A DNA stretch of 64,000 nucleotides, taken from IMG/VR virus record IMGVR_UViG_3300032093_014924, one strand, 5' to 3'. How positions within the stretch are numbered: position 1 is the first letter of the stretch; each line of letters starts with the position of its first letter. The stretch is from a virus (lineage: Duplodnaviria; Heunggongvirae; Uroviricota; Caudoviricetes). The notes under the pieces are model-generated. The model was not told where the DNA came from. It saw only the letters and a list, made by a program, of their open reading frames with translations, and did not search any database. Positions 27,005 through 36,268 of the stretch are shown in pieces. Position numbers and translations under genes: made by a program.

Positions 27005-27931
27005 TTATTTTTTCAAAATGTTTTTAACCACGCCAGTTAATTTAATTGGTTTAATTTTTTCCCAATCAGTTATATCATTACTCATTTTAGGTGAACCATC
27101 TGGACTAATAGCTATAGTTATATGTGGTATATTTTTTTTTGATTCATATCCACTTACTTCTATGGCAATTGCTTTATCTGATATACCTAATTTATTACCT
27201 TGTAATATCACTTCTTTATCCAAATCTTTTTCATTCTCAACACCTTTTCCAAATTGAATTGTCATATGATGTGCATAAACTTTCCAATCTTCAGGTATGA
27301 TATCTGAAAACATATTAATCAATTTATTATGTGATTCTTCATCCAATACAACTGCTGAATATAACACATCATCTTTTTTACCCATATCTTTGCTATTAAT
27401 CACTTTTTCAATTGTTATTGGGTTATGTGTCTTATATTTATCAATCATTGATTTAATCTTATCTAAAGGCACATTATGTGTATTTCTTTTGGCCAATTCT
27501 TCTGCTGTTAATCCACCAGTACCGATATTAATAAATTTTATGTTCTTATCATCGTAACCCATTTCTAATGCAGCCATAACATATTGTTTTGGTTCACTTG
27601 GGCTTAAATTGGTATTATCAATTATAACTGGTGTAATACCATCTTTCATAGATTTTATAGCGTTTTTAAGATTTTGTTTATGCATATTACTTAATGGTCC
27701 AAAATCTTTATTTGCCATCATATTATTAAAGAATTCGTTATAATCACCAGTAGCTTCAATTAAATCATCTGTTGAATGGATAATACCATTACCAACTATA
27801 GATTTAGCTTTTGTGCTTTTACCGCTACCAGGTATACCAACCATTATAATCAATTCTTGATTATCTCTGGTTATTGGAACATTTATTATATTTGTTCCGT
27901 TCAATTGTTCTAATATATTTCTTATTTTCAT
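27005..27931 (-). CDS. P-loop kinase, polynucleotide-kinase-like
   Basis: IIMVGIPGSGKSTKA Walker A near the N-terminus, as in T4 Pnk. No HAD motif is visible in the C-terminal part. Confidence 0.45.
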   Translation of the reverse strand: MKIRNILEQLNGTNIINVPITRDNQELIIMVGIPGSGKSTKAKSIVGNGIIHSTDDLIEATGDYNEFFNNMMANKDFGPLSNMHKQNLKNAIKSMKDGITPVIIDNTNLSPSEPKQYVMAALEMGYDDKNIKFINIGTGGLTAEELAKRNTHNVPLDKIKSMIDKYKTHNPITIEKVINSKDMGKKDDVLYSAVVLDEESHNKLINMFSDIIPEDWKVYAHHMTIQFGKGVENEKDLDKEVILQGNKLGISDKAIAIEVSGYESKKNIPHITIAISPDGSPKMSNDITDWEKIKPIKLTGVVKNILKK

Positions 27932-27948
27932 ATGTTTTTAAAATAAAA

Positions 27949-28030
27949 CGAATGTTCTCAGGGACATCAGGTAGTTAACCTTAATAACAGATGGTTGCAA
28001 CCACTATTAAATGAGTTTGAGAACATTCAT
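27949..28030 (-). ncRNA. structured 5' leader / small RNA candidate downstream of a promoter motif and upstream of the kinase gene
   Basis: Promoter motif at 28031-28052. Long-range stem GAATGTTCTC (27950-27959) with GAGAACATTC (28019-28028). Perfect palindrome GGTTGCAACC at 27993-28002. 7-codon uORF MNVLKLI. Confidence 0.3.
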
Positions 28031-28052
28031 TATTACAAATATACTATTAATA
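28031..28052 (-). promoter_or_regulatory. conserved upstream motif instance driving a structured leader
   Basis: tattacaaatatactattaata. Followed by a uORF/hairpin instead of a long gene. Confidence 0.5.
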
Positions 28053-28077
28053 ATATAATTAAACAAAAAAATATTTT

Positions 28078-28175
28078 AGTTGCGTGATATTTTTATCCTA
28101 AAATACTGTTGTAATTAAATACATAGCAATTAGTTATAAAAATGTATTGCGTATAACCTATTGTTATGTGTAATA
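28078..28175. repeat. about 100-bp dispersed repeat, copy 1
   Basis: Near-identical to 46158-46258 (gtgatatttttat.ctaaaatactgt.gtaattaaatacata.caattagttataaaaatgtattgcgtata.cct.ttgttatgtg). Confidence 0.7.
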
Positions 28176-28180
28176 ATTTT

Positions 28181-28693
28181 TTACCCACCCACTTTTGATA
28201 TTCTTATAGATAAGGTATTTACTTTTAATCCTAAAACATCTTCAATTTTATCAAAGGTTTTGGATTCTATTATCTTTTTATTTGAATTTTTAGGTGATTT
28301 ACCACCAGCAATAACACCTTCTTCATCATGTAATAAATCAGCAAGTTCATCATAATTAGGATTATCTAATTCATATGAAATGCTAACTGGTTTTGAATTT
28401 CCATATTTATATCCATAAACCTCCATAACATAATTAACACCACTTATCAACCACTCTTTAATTTCGAATTGGTTCTCACCAAAAAATCTTTGAAAATGAA
28501 GTATAATGTTGTTTGGTGTGCCTTGTAATTGAAAATTAGGATTTTCTCCGTTATAATCATCATATGAAATCCATTTGAATATATCTATAAGTTCTTCTCT
28601 ATCTTTTAAAATATCTAATTTTAGATTCTTACGACTCTCATTCAAATTAAACCTTTTGAATGTATCTATCAATCTTCTCATTTCTTTACTCAT
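28181..28693 (-). CDS. hypothetical protein
   Basis: 170-aa ORF. Confidence 0.4.
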   Translation of the reverse strand: MSKEMRRLIDTFKRFNLNESRKNLKLDILKDREELIDIFKWISYDDYNGENPNFQLQGTPNNIILHFQRFFGENQFEIKEWLISGVNYVMEVYGYKYGNSKPVSISYELDNPNYDELADLLHDEEGVIAGGKSPKNSNKKIIESKTFDKIEDVLGLKVNTLSIRISKVGG

Positions 28694-28742
28694 AGTTTTA
28701 TCTTTATATATAAATAGTTAAAAACTAAAATCCAACGCACTT

Positions 28743-29228
28743 TTATTTTATTAATTCAAATTCACCTTTATTATTTCTTTTCCACAACTTGAAATTTTTA
28801 GAATCACGATATTCTGGTTTCAAAACACCAACATTTGAACTATCATTCAAGTTATCATAATTTTTACGATTCCAATTTGGTTGGAAAGCACTATCTGGTA
28901 ATTCGGTTGTAATCAAATATGGATGTTGTTCAAATCCGTGAAATATTGACCCCTTTTTAAAGTTTGGTGAATGTTGATTAACAAATGTAGCAAAAGGACC
29001 TATCTTTTCTATATTAAACTTACTTAAATCTTCTTTTTCACCTATAAAGTCACCACCACTTTTTAAATGATTTATTAATTCATCAGAAGAGGTAGCATGT
29101 GTCCAAATATTAGGTTTTTGTTTAAAAATTTCATTCCTTTTAAATCTATCAAATATGCCTTCATTAAACTCTTGTTGTTCAATAAATTCTCGTATCTTAG
29201 TTTTAATCACTTGTTTAAAATCTTTCAT
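28743..29228 (-). CDS. hypothetical protein
   Basis: 161-aa ORF. Confidence 0.4.
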   Translation of the reverse strand: MKDFKQVIKTKIREFIEQQEFNEGIFDRFKRNEIFKQKPNIWTHATSSDELINHLKSGGDFIGEKEDLSKFNIEKIGPFATFVNQHSPNFKKGSIFHGFEQHPYLITTELPDSAFQPNWNRKNYDNLNDSSNVGVLKPEYRDSKNFKLWKRNNKGEFELIK

Positions 29229-29262
29229 CTTTTATTTTATATATAGATATTCAGAATTAAAA

Positions 29263-30849
29263 TTAACCAAAAAAATTAGTAATGTTTTTTAATTTAACCT
29301 TCGTATCATCTTTAATTGTTATTTCATTTTCCCAAGGATGCAAAACAAATGTTCTCATAGTCTCATAATAATCTATATTTGATGTTGGTGTTTCAACTTC
29401 TATCAAATAAACATCATCTTCTTCCAAATTTTTATCTAGCTTTCTCGCATTTTGGTATAAATAATCTAACATTTCTTCATGAAAATCTTCTGTACTTAAG
29501 ACATAATGATGTCCAAAATTATTCTTATTTAACTTATCTGGGTTTTTTATATAAACAACCCTATACAATATTATTGATGATTGTTTTTGAATTGTTTTCA
29601 AATCATATATTTTATCTTTTATGAATTTTTTTGGGTTATCTACTTTGTCACCAATAATATCTAATAACACATCTAATCTATGACCAAAAATATTTGTGTT
29701 TAATATATCAATAATTGGATTGCTATTAAATAAGACATATGATTCAAATTTTTCACCATCTTTTTGTTCAATTATTATTAAACCATCATATCCTCTACTT
29801 TGAAAAGTTTTTTTAATATCACCATCAAAATCTAATCTAATTAATTCCCATAAAGAATTATTTTGATTCTTAGTTAAAAGTTTTGATGGAAAATATTGTT
29901 TTGTCTCTTTATAGAATGTTTTACTATCAATTTTATTTGTACCTAGTGACCTTAAATCTAATAATTTAGATGTATCTATCTTTAATCCTGTAACGCCATC
30001 TTCATTTCCTTTAGCATACATTAACGCATATCTAAAAATTGGTGTTAAATAAAAATAATTGTTATTATCAAAAGTTATGTTATCTAATTTATAACCAGAT
30101 TTATTACCGTGATATAATGTTTTTAATTCTTCAGTTAAAATTATGTTTTCATTTAAATTTTGTTTTGTTTTTATTTTGACTTTTGATGGGTCTAAAACCA
30201 TTCTAACTGTTGATTTAATAGTACCACCATGATATGAATCCAAAACACCAATAACATCTATACAATCAAAATTTAAAATGTTCCCTATTGCTCCTATAAC
30301 ATCTGTTTTAATTCCTTTATCATTATAATAATAATTAAACATTGATATTAATTCATCAATTCTTTCTTCAGATATACCAGCATTAATAAAACCATTTTTA
30401 ACTTTATCTAAACTAATATAACTAAATCTATCACCAATTGCTATTATCTTAACTATTTTATCACAATCAACATCAACTTCATACACTTTTTCAATAGCGT
30501 TTTGATAATCAAAAGCTCTTTTAGCATCAGCATATGTTTTAGCAACAGAATATTTGTCAGTTATGAATAATGGTTTGTTATACGAATAATAATCTTTAAA
30601 ATTAGAAACTTTATTTAATAAACTAAAATATAATTCTTCATCACCTGAAATTTTAGCTTTATTCATTTTTTCTTGTAATTTATCAAGAGCTTTAGGGTTA
30701 TTAACATATTCTACTCTAATAGTTTTATTAGTAAAACCACCTTCTTTTTCTATTTCTCTAGAATCATAAGTACCATGAAACCAACCTTCTAATAATATAT
30801 TAGTGTTCAAATATTTCCTTAATGATTCTTTAATATATGTTTTATTCAT
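29263..30849 (-). CDS. hypothetical protein (528 aa)
   Basis: Long uninterrupted ORF with no recognised motif. Confidence 0.45.
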   Translation of the reverse strand: MNKTYIKESLRKYLNTNILLEGWFHGTYDSREIEKEGGFTNKTIRVEYVNNPKALDKLQEKMNKAKISGDEELYFSLLNKVSNFKDYYSYNKPLFITDKYSVAKTYADAKRAFDYQNAIEKVYEVDVDCDKIVKIIAIGDRFSYISLDKVKNGFINAGISEERIDELISMFNYYYNDKGIKTDVIGAIGNILNFDCIDVIGVLDSYHGGTIKSTVRMVLDPSKVKIKTKQNLNENIILTEELKTLYHGNKSGYKLDNITFDNNNYFYLTPIFRYALMYAKGNEDGVTGLKIDTSKLLDLRSLGTNKIDSKTFYKETKQYFPSKLLTKNQNNSLWELIRLDFDGDIKKTFQSRGYDGLIIIEQKDGEKFESYVLFNSNPIIDILNTNIFGHRLDVLLDIIGDKVDNPKKFIKDKIYDLKTIQKQSSIILYRVVYIKNPDKLNKNNFGHHYVLSTEDFHEEMLDYLYQNARKLDKNLEEDDVYLIEVETPTSNIDYYETMRTFVLHPWENEITIKDDTKVKLKNITNFFG

Positions 30850-30853
30850 AAAG

Positions 30854-31516
30854 TTAACTATAATATTTTTCTAGCGTATCATGGTCAAGACCATAATCAA
30901 TTAAAACAATAGTATCTTGACCATTTCTTTTAACTAAACCATAAGAAGACAATTTCATTAAATCCCCAACAGGTACGTTAAAATTACCTAAATATTGAAA
31001 AATATCATAAGCGAATTCATCTTCCCATAAATCTTGAATAGCTTGTTCTAAACCATCTATATGTCTAACATTTCTATTATTTGGTTTTAAACTACCGTAA
31101 TAATAATTATTTATTGCTAATGAATATAATCCGAAACTATATCCATTAACTTGTTTAAATATTTTTTCAGTTACTGGTCTAGCTAATTCCATCTCAACCC
31201 ATAAATAATCTTCATGATAATCAAAAACTTTAGCTAAAATGCTTTCAATAACATATTCCTTAGAATAATCAACCTCAACTTCATTTTGTGCTAACCCCTT
31301 TTTATTTCTGGCTAATTTCAAAACCTTTTCATCATCAATTTTATATACGATTCTACTAGTGCCACTAGATATCCTTTTTAAATGTTCACTACAATAATTA
31401 ACCCTATCTTTAAAAGTTGTTAGGGATTTAAATTTATCCATATTAAAACTTTCTGGATAATCTTCATCCAATAAACTTTCTCTTAATAATGTTTTAATTA
31501 TTATTTTTGTTTCCAT
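30854..31516 (-). CDS. hypothetical protein
   Basis: 220-aa ORF. Confidence 0.4.
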   Translation of the reverse strand: METKIIIKTLLRESLLDEDYPESFNMDKFKSLTTFKDRVNYCSEHLKRISSGTSRIVYKIDDEKVLKLARNKKGLAQNEVEVDYSKEYVIESILAKVFDYHEDYLWVEMELARPVTEKIFKQVNGYSFGLYSLAINNYYYGSLKPNNRNVRHIDGLEQAIQDLWEDEFAYDIFQYLGNFNVPVGDLMKLSSYGLVKRNGQDTIVLIDYGLDHDTLEKYYS

Positions 31517-31595
31517 GATAATAAATATCTTTAAAACAAAAAAAATATACCCAAATTAATGAGTATATTTTTTTTGTTGTTCTATATTATTGATA

Positions 31596-32399
31596 TTATC
31601 GTTTACCAACATTTTTAAGTAATGTTAATTGTTCAGAACTAAAAACATTCCCCTCACCATAACTACCATTCCACTTTTCAATGTATTGTTGAGTCAACAA
31701 CATTGGTGATAGTGACCTTTCTTTAAGAGCATATGCATCGGCTTCAGCTTTAGCTTGAGTTACTTTAATCTCAGCTTGTGCTTTAGCTTCAACAAGCTTG
31801 TTTTGGGCACTAAGTCCATCTTGTATCGCCTTATTTTTGGCCTCAATAGCTTGAACAATCGTAGGTGGATATTGCATACCAGATGTCATTTGCTCAAGCT
31901 TAAAACCTTCTTTTTGTAAAGTACTATCAAGCATCATTTGAACCATGTTTTCAAATGTTGCCCTATTAGAAATAACACTATCTGTTGTGAAAGAATTAAA
32001 TTGAATCCTAAACGCATCCCTTACATAATTGTAAATAGTTGTGTTAACAATCTCTGATAGCTCCTTACGATATTTCGTAAAAATAACTGGTGAATGTCCA
32101 TCAATAACTTTAATACTTAAAGTTGGGTCAACTGTAAACACTGAACCGTCTTTAGCATTAACAGTGAACGCTTCGTAATCAACTGTTTGAACAAATGTTG
32201 GGAATTCATATACACTCGTTGTTAATGGATTATAAAACTGCCAACCAGTTACAAGAGCAACACCATCAACACCTTTATCGGATGCTACAAGATTAACTTT
32301 AACACCCTCATGTCCAGCATCAATCCGAGAACATGCACAACCTTGCATTATCAAAAATGCACCGAAAATTAAAAAAATTGTTTTTACTGACTTTTTCAT
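31596..32399 (-). CDS. SPFH/band-7 domain lipoprotein
   Basis: Signal peptide + lipobox (LIMQGCAC). SPFH-like core and C-terminal coiled coil (KAQAEIKVTQAKAEADAYA). Higher G+C than the flanks. Confidence 0.5.
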   Translation of the reverse strand: MKKSVKTIFLIFGAFLIMQGCACSRIDAGHEGVKVNLVASDKGVDGVALVTGWQFYNPLTTSVYEFPTFVQTVDYEAFTVNAKDGSVFTVDPTLSIKVIDGHSPVIFTKYRKELSEIVNTTIYNYVRDAFRIQFNSFTTDSVISNRATFENMVQMMLDSTLQKEGFKLEQMTSGMQYPPTIVQAIEAKNKAIQDGLSAQNKLVEAKAQAEIKVTQAKAEADAYALKERSLSPMLLTQQYIEKWNGSYGEGNVFSSEQLTLLKNVGKR

Positions 32400-32402
32400 G
32401 AA

Positions 32403-32588
32403 TTAAAATTGTTTTAAATAAAATTTGATTGTTTTGTATAAGGCTATCATTAATACTCCGCTAGCCAATGCGGATAAAAGAACTAAATAATCTGAACTTG
32501 AAGAAAAACCTTCTAAAATTAAAGTCCAAATCATAAACACAACTACCAATAAAATTGGTATGGATGACATTAAATATATTTTTTTCAT
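32403..32588 (-). CDS. small membrane protein
   Basis: 61 aa with two hydrophobic helices. Promoter motif abuts the ATG. Confidence 0.4.
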   Translation of the reverse strand: MKKIYLMSSIPILLVVVFMIWTLILEGFSSSSDYLVLLSALASGVLMIALYKTIKFYLKQF

Positions 32589-32610
32589 AATACAAAGTTA
32601 CTAATTATTT
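32589..32610 (-). promoter_or_regulatory. conserved upstream motif instance
   Basis: aatacaaagttactaattattt abutting the ATG of 32403-32588. Confidence 0.5.
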
Positions 32611-32634
32611 TGTTAACTAACAATTTTTTTTTTT

Positions 32635-32913
32635 TTAAAGTTTTTCGAATTCTTTTTCTAATCGAGATAACTTTGAATTTAATTCTTGTTTTTTGTTATC
32701 TAACAAACATTTAATATCTTCATTTGAAAAATTTAAATCAAATAAAATAGTGTCCTTAAAAGTAGTCATCCTGTTTAAACCAGTGACCACTAGTTGTAGA
32801 CTACAACAATTAAATAATTTTTCAAGTTTTCTTAATTCAGTTTTAACTAAAGATATCTCATCTTTAATAGCCTGTATTTCTTTGAATTTTTCTTCTGTCA
32901 TATTTTTAACCAA
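32635..32913 (-). CDS. hypothetical coiled-coil protein
   Basis: 92-aa ORF. Confidence 0.35.
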   Translation of the reverse strand: MVKNMTEEKFKEIQAIKDEISLVKTELRKLEKLFNCCSLQLVVTGLNRMTTFKDTILFDLNFSNEDIKCLLDNKKQELNSKLSRLEKEFEKL

Positions 32914-33148
32914 TTTTTTTTTCTTTATTGAACCATTCTTCTAATGTTAAAAATGAATATTCTATTTCATCTAATTTATCTTTTTCAACATAAACGCCTA
33001 AAATATCACATCCGTATTCCGATTTTTGAAGTTTTTTTATCTGATTATAAATAAACTCAATTAAATCATTACATTCAAAAGGGATAATTAAATCGTAACC
33101 ATATGTGTAGTTATCGGTTACATAATATTTAAAAATGCATTTAATCAT
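32906..33148 (-). CDS. hypothetical protein
   Basis: 80-aa ORF. Confidence 0.35.
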   Translation of the reverse strand: MIKCIFKYYVTDNYTYGYDLIIPFECNDLIEFIYNQIKKLQKSEYGCDILGVYVEKDKLDEIEYSFLTLEEWFNKEKKIG

Positions 33149-33238
33149 GCGATGTTATTATATACTTTAGCCCAAATTTCAATTACTTTATCCCTAGTTT
33201 GACATGGTTTTAACTTTGACCACCTATCAATCCATTCT

Positions 33239-33511
33239 TTAATCTCTTTCTTCGTCATTTTCTGGTAGATATTCTTCGATTAATGTTTCTTCATCTAAAG
33301 ATGAAAAACCATTTGGGCCATCAAGATATGAAAAGGCTAATGTAGCTAAACCAATTCTAAGCCCATCCATTTCTGTTCTAATATCTTCTGGTTCGATTAT
33401 TATTTCTGAATTAAATGTATCATATTTTTTAATAGAGTTATTTAATTTTTTGGTTAATGAATTATAATCTATAATTAACCTTTTTCTCAAACCATCCATA
33501 GAAACTTCCAT
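33239..33511 (-). CDS. hypothetical protein
   Basis: 90-aa ORF. Confidence 0.35.
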   Translation of the reverse strand: MEVSMDGLRKRLIIDYNSLTKKLNNSIKKYDTFNSEIIIEPEDIRTEMDGLRIGLATLAFSYLDGPNGFSSLDEETLIEEYLPENDEERD

Positions 33512-33522
33512 ATTTTTTTTAT

Positions 33523-34014
33523 TTAATTATTTAAAATAATTTTAGCAAATGCTGTATCTGATTTCATTTTTTCCATTAATTCAGAACTTGACATATTTTT
33601 AGCTTCATTTAATATTTTTTCTTTCTGATTATTAATGTTTAACTCCACTTTAGCATCAGAAGCCATGTTCTTTAATTCAGTCACAACAAAACTAGTTAAT
33701 TCATGTGGTATCTGCCTAGCTGTTGAATCTGTGGTTAAGAAATTTAACGTTTCCCCACCAGCAACAATTAATAAAGCATCTTTTTTAGAAGGTGTTGCTA
33801 TTTGTAATAACCAAAATAAAATACAAAAAGGATAAGACCACCACATCCATTTTCTTGACATTCTTTGGTTATCTTCATCTTCAGAGTTCTTATTAAAAAG
33901 ATAACATATTGTTGATATGACAGATATTAAAGTGAAAATAACTATCATAGTACCAAAAAAATATTTGGCATTGTCGGCTACCGTTAGCCAATAAAATAAT
34001 TGTGTGTAATTCAT
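33523..34014 (-). CDS. membrane protein
   Basis: Two N-terminal TM helices. 163 aa. Confidence 0.4.
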   Translation of the reverse strand: MNYTQLFYWLTVADNAKYFFGTMIVIFTLISVISTICYLFNKNSEDEDNQRMSRKWMWWSYPFCILFWLLQIATPSKKDALLIVAGGETLNFLTTDSTARQIPHELTSFVVTELKNMASDAKVELNINNQKEKILNEAKNMSSSELMEKMKSDTAFAKIILNN

Positions 34015-34040
34015 AAGTGATTTATTTTTAAATGTTTTAG

Positions 34041-34112
34041 TAGCCCCACTTGGAATTGAACCAAAAACTAATTCTTAGAAGGAATTTGTTATATCCGTTT
34101 AACTATAGAGCC
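34041..34112 (-). tRNA. tRNA-Arg(UCU) candidate
   Basis: Minus strand: GGCTCTA-TA-GTTA-AACGGATA-TAAC-A-AATTC-CTTCTAA-GAATT-AGTT-TTTGG-TTCAATT-CCAAG-TGGGGCT-A. The acceptor stem needs three G-U pairs, so confidence is moderate. Confidence 0.45.
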
Positions 34113-34123
34113 ATGTTTAATTG

Positions 34124-34197
34124 TGGGCCTCACAGGACTTGAACCTGTAACCCCTTGATTATGAGTCAAGTGCTCTAACCGCTTGAGCTAGAGGCCC
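34124..34197 (-). tRNA. tRNA-Met/Ile2 (CAU anticodon)
   Basis: GGGCCTC-TA-GCTC-AAGCGGTTAGA-GCAC-TTGAC-TCATAAT-CAAGG-GGTT-ACAGG-TTCAAGT-CCTGT-GAGGCCC-A gives a clean cloverleaf. Promoter motif at about 34204-34225 immediately upstream. Confidence 0.8.
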
Positions 34198-34203
34198 TAA
34201 ATT

Positions 34204-34225
34204 ATAATACAAAGATACTATTAAT
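34204..34225 (-). promoter_or_regulatory. conserved upstream motif instance upstream of tRNA-Met
   Basis: ataatacaaagatactattaat lies 7-12 nt from the tRNA 5' end. Confidence 0.5.
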
Positions 34226-34247
34226 ATTATTAATAAACAAATATTAT

Positions 34248-34706
34248 TTATTCTTTTTTTATCAAAGTTAATGAAAGATAAATTAAATCTATTGTTTTAA
34301 CTCTAGTTATAACATCTTTTCTATTAGTGCGTCTATATAACTCATATGGGTCTTTATTACTACCAATTTCTTTACCTTTAATTTTTTCGTCTATGAAATG
34401 TTGTAACTTTTCTTTTTCGACTATTATCCAATAATCTTCAGTTTCAAACGCAAAATAATCAGCCTCACCAAATAACCATGATTTCTCACCTCTAACATTT
34501 TTAAGTTCAACCCAATGAAAATTTTCATTATATCTAGGGTCATATCTAGCCCCTTTTTTCATTGATTTAACATCTATCTTGGCACTTATTGTTAAATCAA
34601 AATGTAAATACATATCATCTTCTCTAGATGATGGTGTTACATTAGTGAAAAGTTTCGCAAACTCACTTTCCTTTAACTTGCCAATTATGAATTCTTTGTT
34701 ATTCAT
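34248..34706 (-). CDS. hypothetical protein
   Basis: 152-aa ORF. Confidence 0.4.
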   Translation of the reverse strand: MNNKEFIIGKLKESEFAKLFTNVTPSSREDDMYLHFDLTISAKIDVKSMKKGARYDPRYNENFHWVELKNVRGEKSWLFGEADYFAFETEDYWIIVEKEKLQHFIDEKIKGKEIGSNKDPYELYRRTNRKDVITRVKTIDLIYLSLTLIKKE

Positions 34707-34710
34707 TTTT

Positions 34711-35214
34711 TTAACTTTCTATGTTTTTAATTGAATCGTAATAATTTAATAATTCCTTTTCAGTTTTAAAATATTTAATGTTTATTGGTTCATAGTTAAC
34801 CATTTCTCTACCTTTTATTATTATACCGTTATAACCTAACTTTAACATTTCTTTTTCGATAGTTGTATTTTGTTCAAAAAAACTTCTACTATAGCCCTGT
34901 CCATTTTCTTTACAGAAATTATCGATTAAATTTTGAATTAGTAATTCAGCGTTATTTAATCCATTAACTATTTTTGGTTTTGTTGGTTTAGCATTAACAA
35001 CATAATATAAGTCACCATATTGTTTTGCCATTGCTTTATTACTCAAAGGTACTGTATATAATCCATTACCAAGCGAACCATAAACTTCATTTGGTTTCCC
35101 AAATTCTTTAATCCCTCTGTAGGTGACATTATTACGTTTCCATTTTGAGTAATCCTCTATTGATTCGTTAAGATAATTCGTTAACATTTTTTTAATTGTT
35201 ATTAGTTGGTTCAT
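34711..35214 (-). CDS. hypothetical protein
   Basis: 167-aa ORF. Confidence 0.4.
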   Translation of the reverse strand: MNQLITIKKMLTNYLNESIEDYSKWKRNNVTYRGIKEFGKPNEVYGSLGNGLYTVPLSNKAMAKQYGDLYYVVNAKPTKPKIVNGLNNAELLIQNLIDNFCKENGQGYSRSFFEQNTTIEKEMLKLGYNGIIIKGREMVNYEPINIKYFKTEKELLNYYDSIKNIES

Positions 35215-35251
35215 ATTAATTAATTTATATATAAATATTTTAATTAATCAA

Positions 35252-35443
35252 TTATCTCTTATTATCTAGACAAATATATATTAAAACTTTACCGTGTTCC
35301 CTTATTATTATTAAATCTTTATGATAACCCATTTCAATAGCCTTTTTTTTATATCTATCATAAACGGAATCAAAATTTTTTAAAAAGGTTTTGTTCTTTT
35401 CTACACCTATTTTTTTTATATTTCCACCACAATTAATACTCAT
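35252..35443 (-). CDS. hypothetical protein
   Basis: 63-aa ORF. Confidence 0.3.
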   Translation of the reverse strand: MSINCGGNIKKIGVEKNKTFLKNFDSVYDRYKKKAIEMGYHKDLIIIREHGKVLIYICLDNKR

Positions 35444-35523
35444 TAATTATAAGTAGTTATGACATAAAAAAAAACCACCATACAAATGGAGGTTTTTTTT
35501 ATTTAAAAAGATAAGTTAAAAAA

Positions 35524-35772
35524 TTAAGAATTTAGTGAATTGTATTCTTTAACTAATGTTCTGAATTCTTGATAGGATTCTCTTGTAACCGCACGATTTT
35601 TGTAATTGTCAGACAATCTTGATTTAATCGTGTAGACATAGTTTCTACCAAAGTTTGCTCTTCTTGATGCTTCAGAAAGTGAAATTTTGCGCTTAATAGC
35701 GTTTTTCAAAATTTTAATTCCATTTTCGACACTAATCTGTGTCTTGCTTCTTTGTTGATTTTTTGTACTCAT
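35524..35772 (-). CDS. hypothetical basic protein
   Basis: 82-aa ORF with the promoter motif about 20 nt upstream. Confidence 0.4.
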   Translation of the reverse strand: MSTKNQQRSKTQISVENGIKILKNAIKRKISLSEASRRANFGRNYVYTIKSRLSDNYKNRAVTRESYQEFRTLVKEYNSLNS

Positions 35773-35834
35773 AACTATTTAATTTTTTTATAATACAAAT
35801 ATACTACATTAAACAAAAGAAAACAAATTTTTTT

Positions 35835-36218
35835 TTAATAATCGTCACCATCAGATGAAAATAGATAATTATCATCATCATAATTATCGTCATCACCAGT
35901 TTCAATATCTAAATCATCATCTGATAAAATAATCTTTAGATAATCTTCATCTATAAAATAACCAAACTTTAACCCAAATAAATTATTAATTGTGTTAAAT
36001 TCTTCGTCAGTAATTTCTTTAAATTCAATTTTATTTAAATAGTCTTCACCATCAACAAAGTCAGCATAATCAAACTCAGATAAATTATAAGAAAAACTCC
36101 AAGTTATTGACATAGCTAAGCTCTCATAACGTTCCATGTCTTTATCTGACATTAATTTTAATCCGAAGACATCTATGTTATTAATGTTATCAGTATAAAT
36201 TGCTAAATATTTACTCAT
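35835..36218 (-). CDS. highly acidic protein
   Basis: 127 aa, Asp/Glu-rich C-terminus (DDDLDIETGDDDNYDDDNY). Confidence 0.4.
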   Translation of the reverse strand: MSKYLAIYTDNINNIDVFGLKLMSDKDMERYESLAMSITWSFSYNLSEFDYADFVDGEDYLNKIEFKEITDEEFNTINNLFGLKFGYFIDEDYLKIILSDDDLDIETGDDDNYDDDNYLFSSDGDDY

Positions 36219-36268
36219 GTTTGCTTTTTTATAATATAAATATGTATTTTAATTAAAAAAAATAAATA

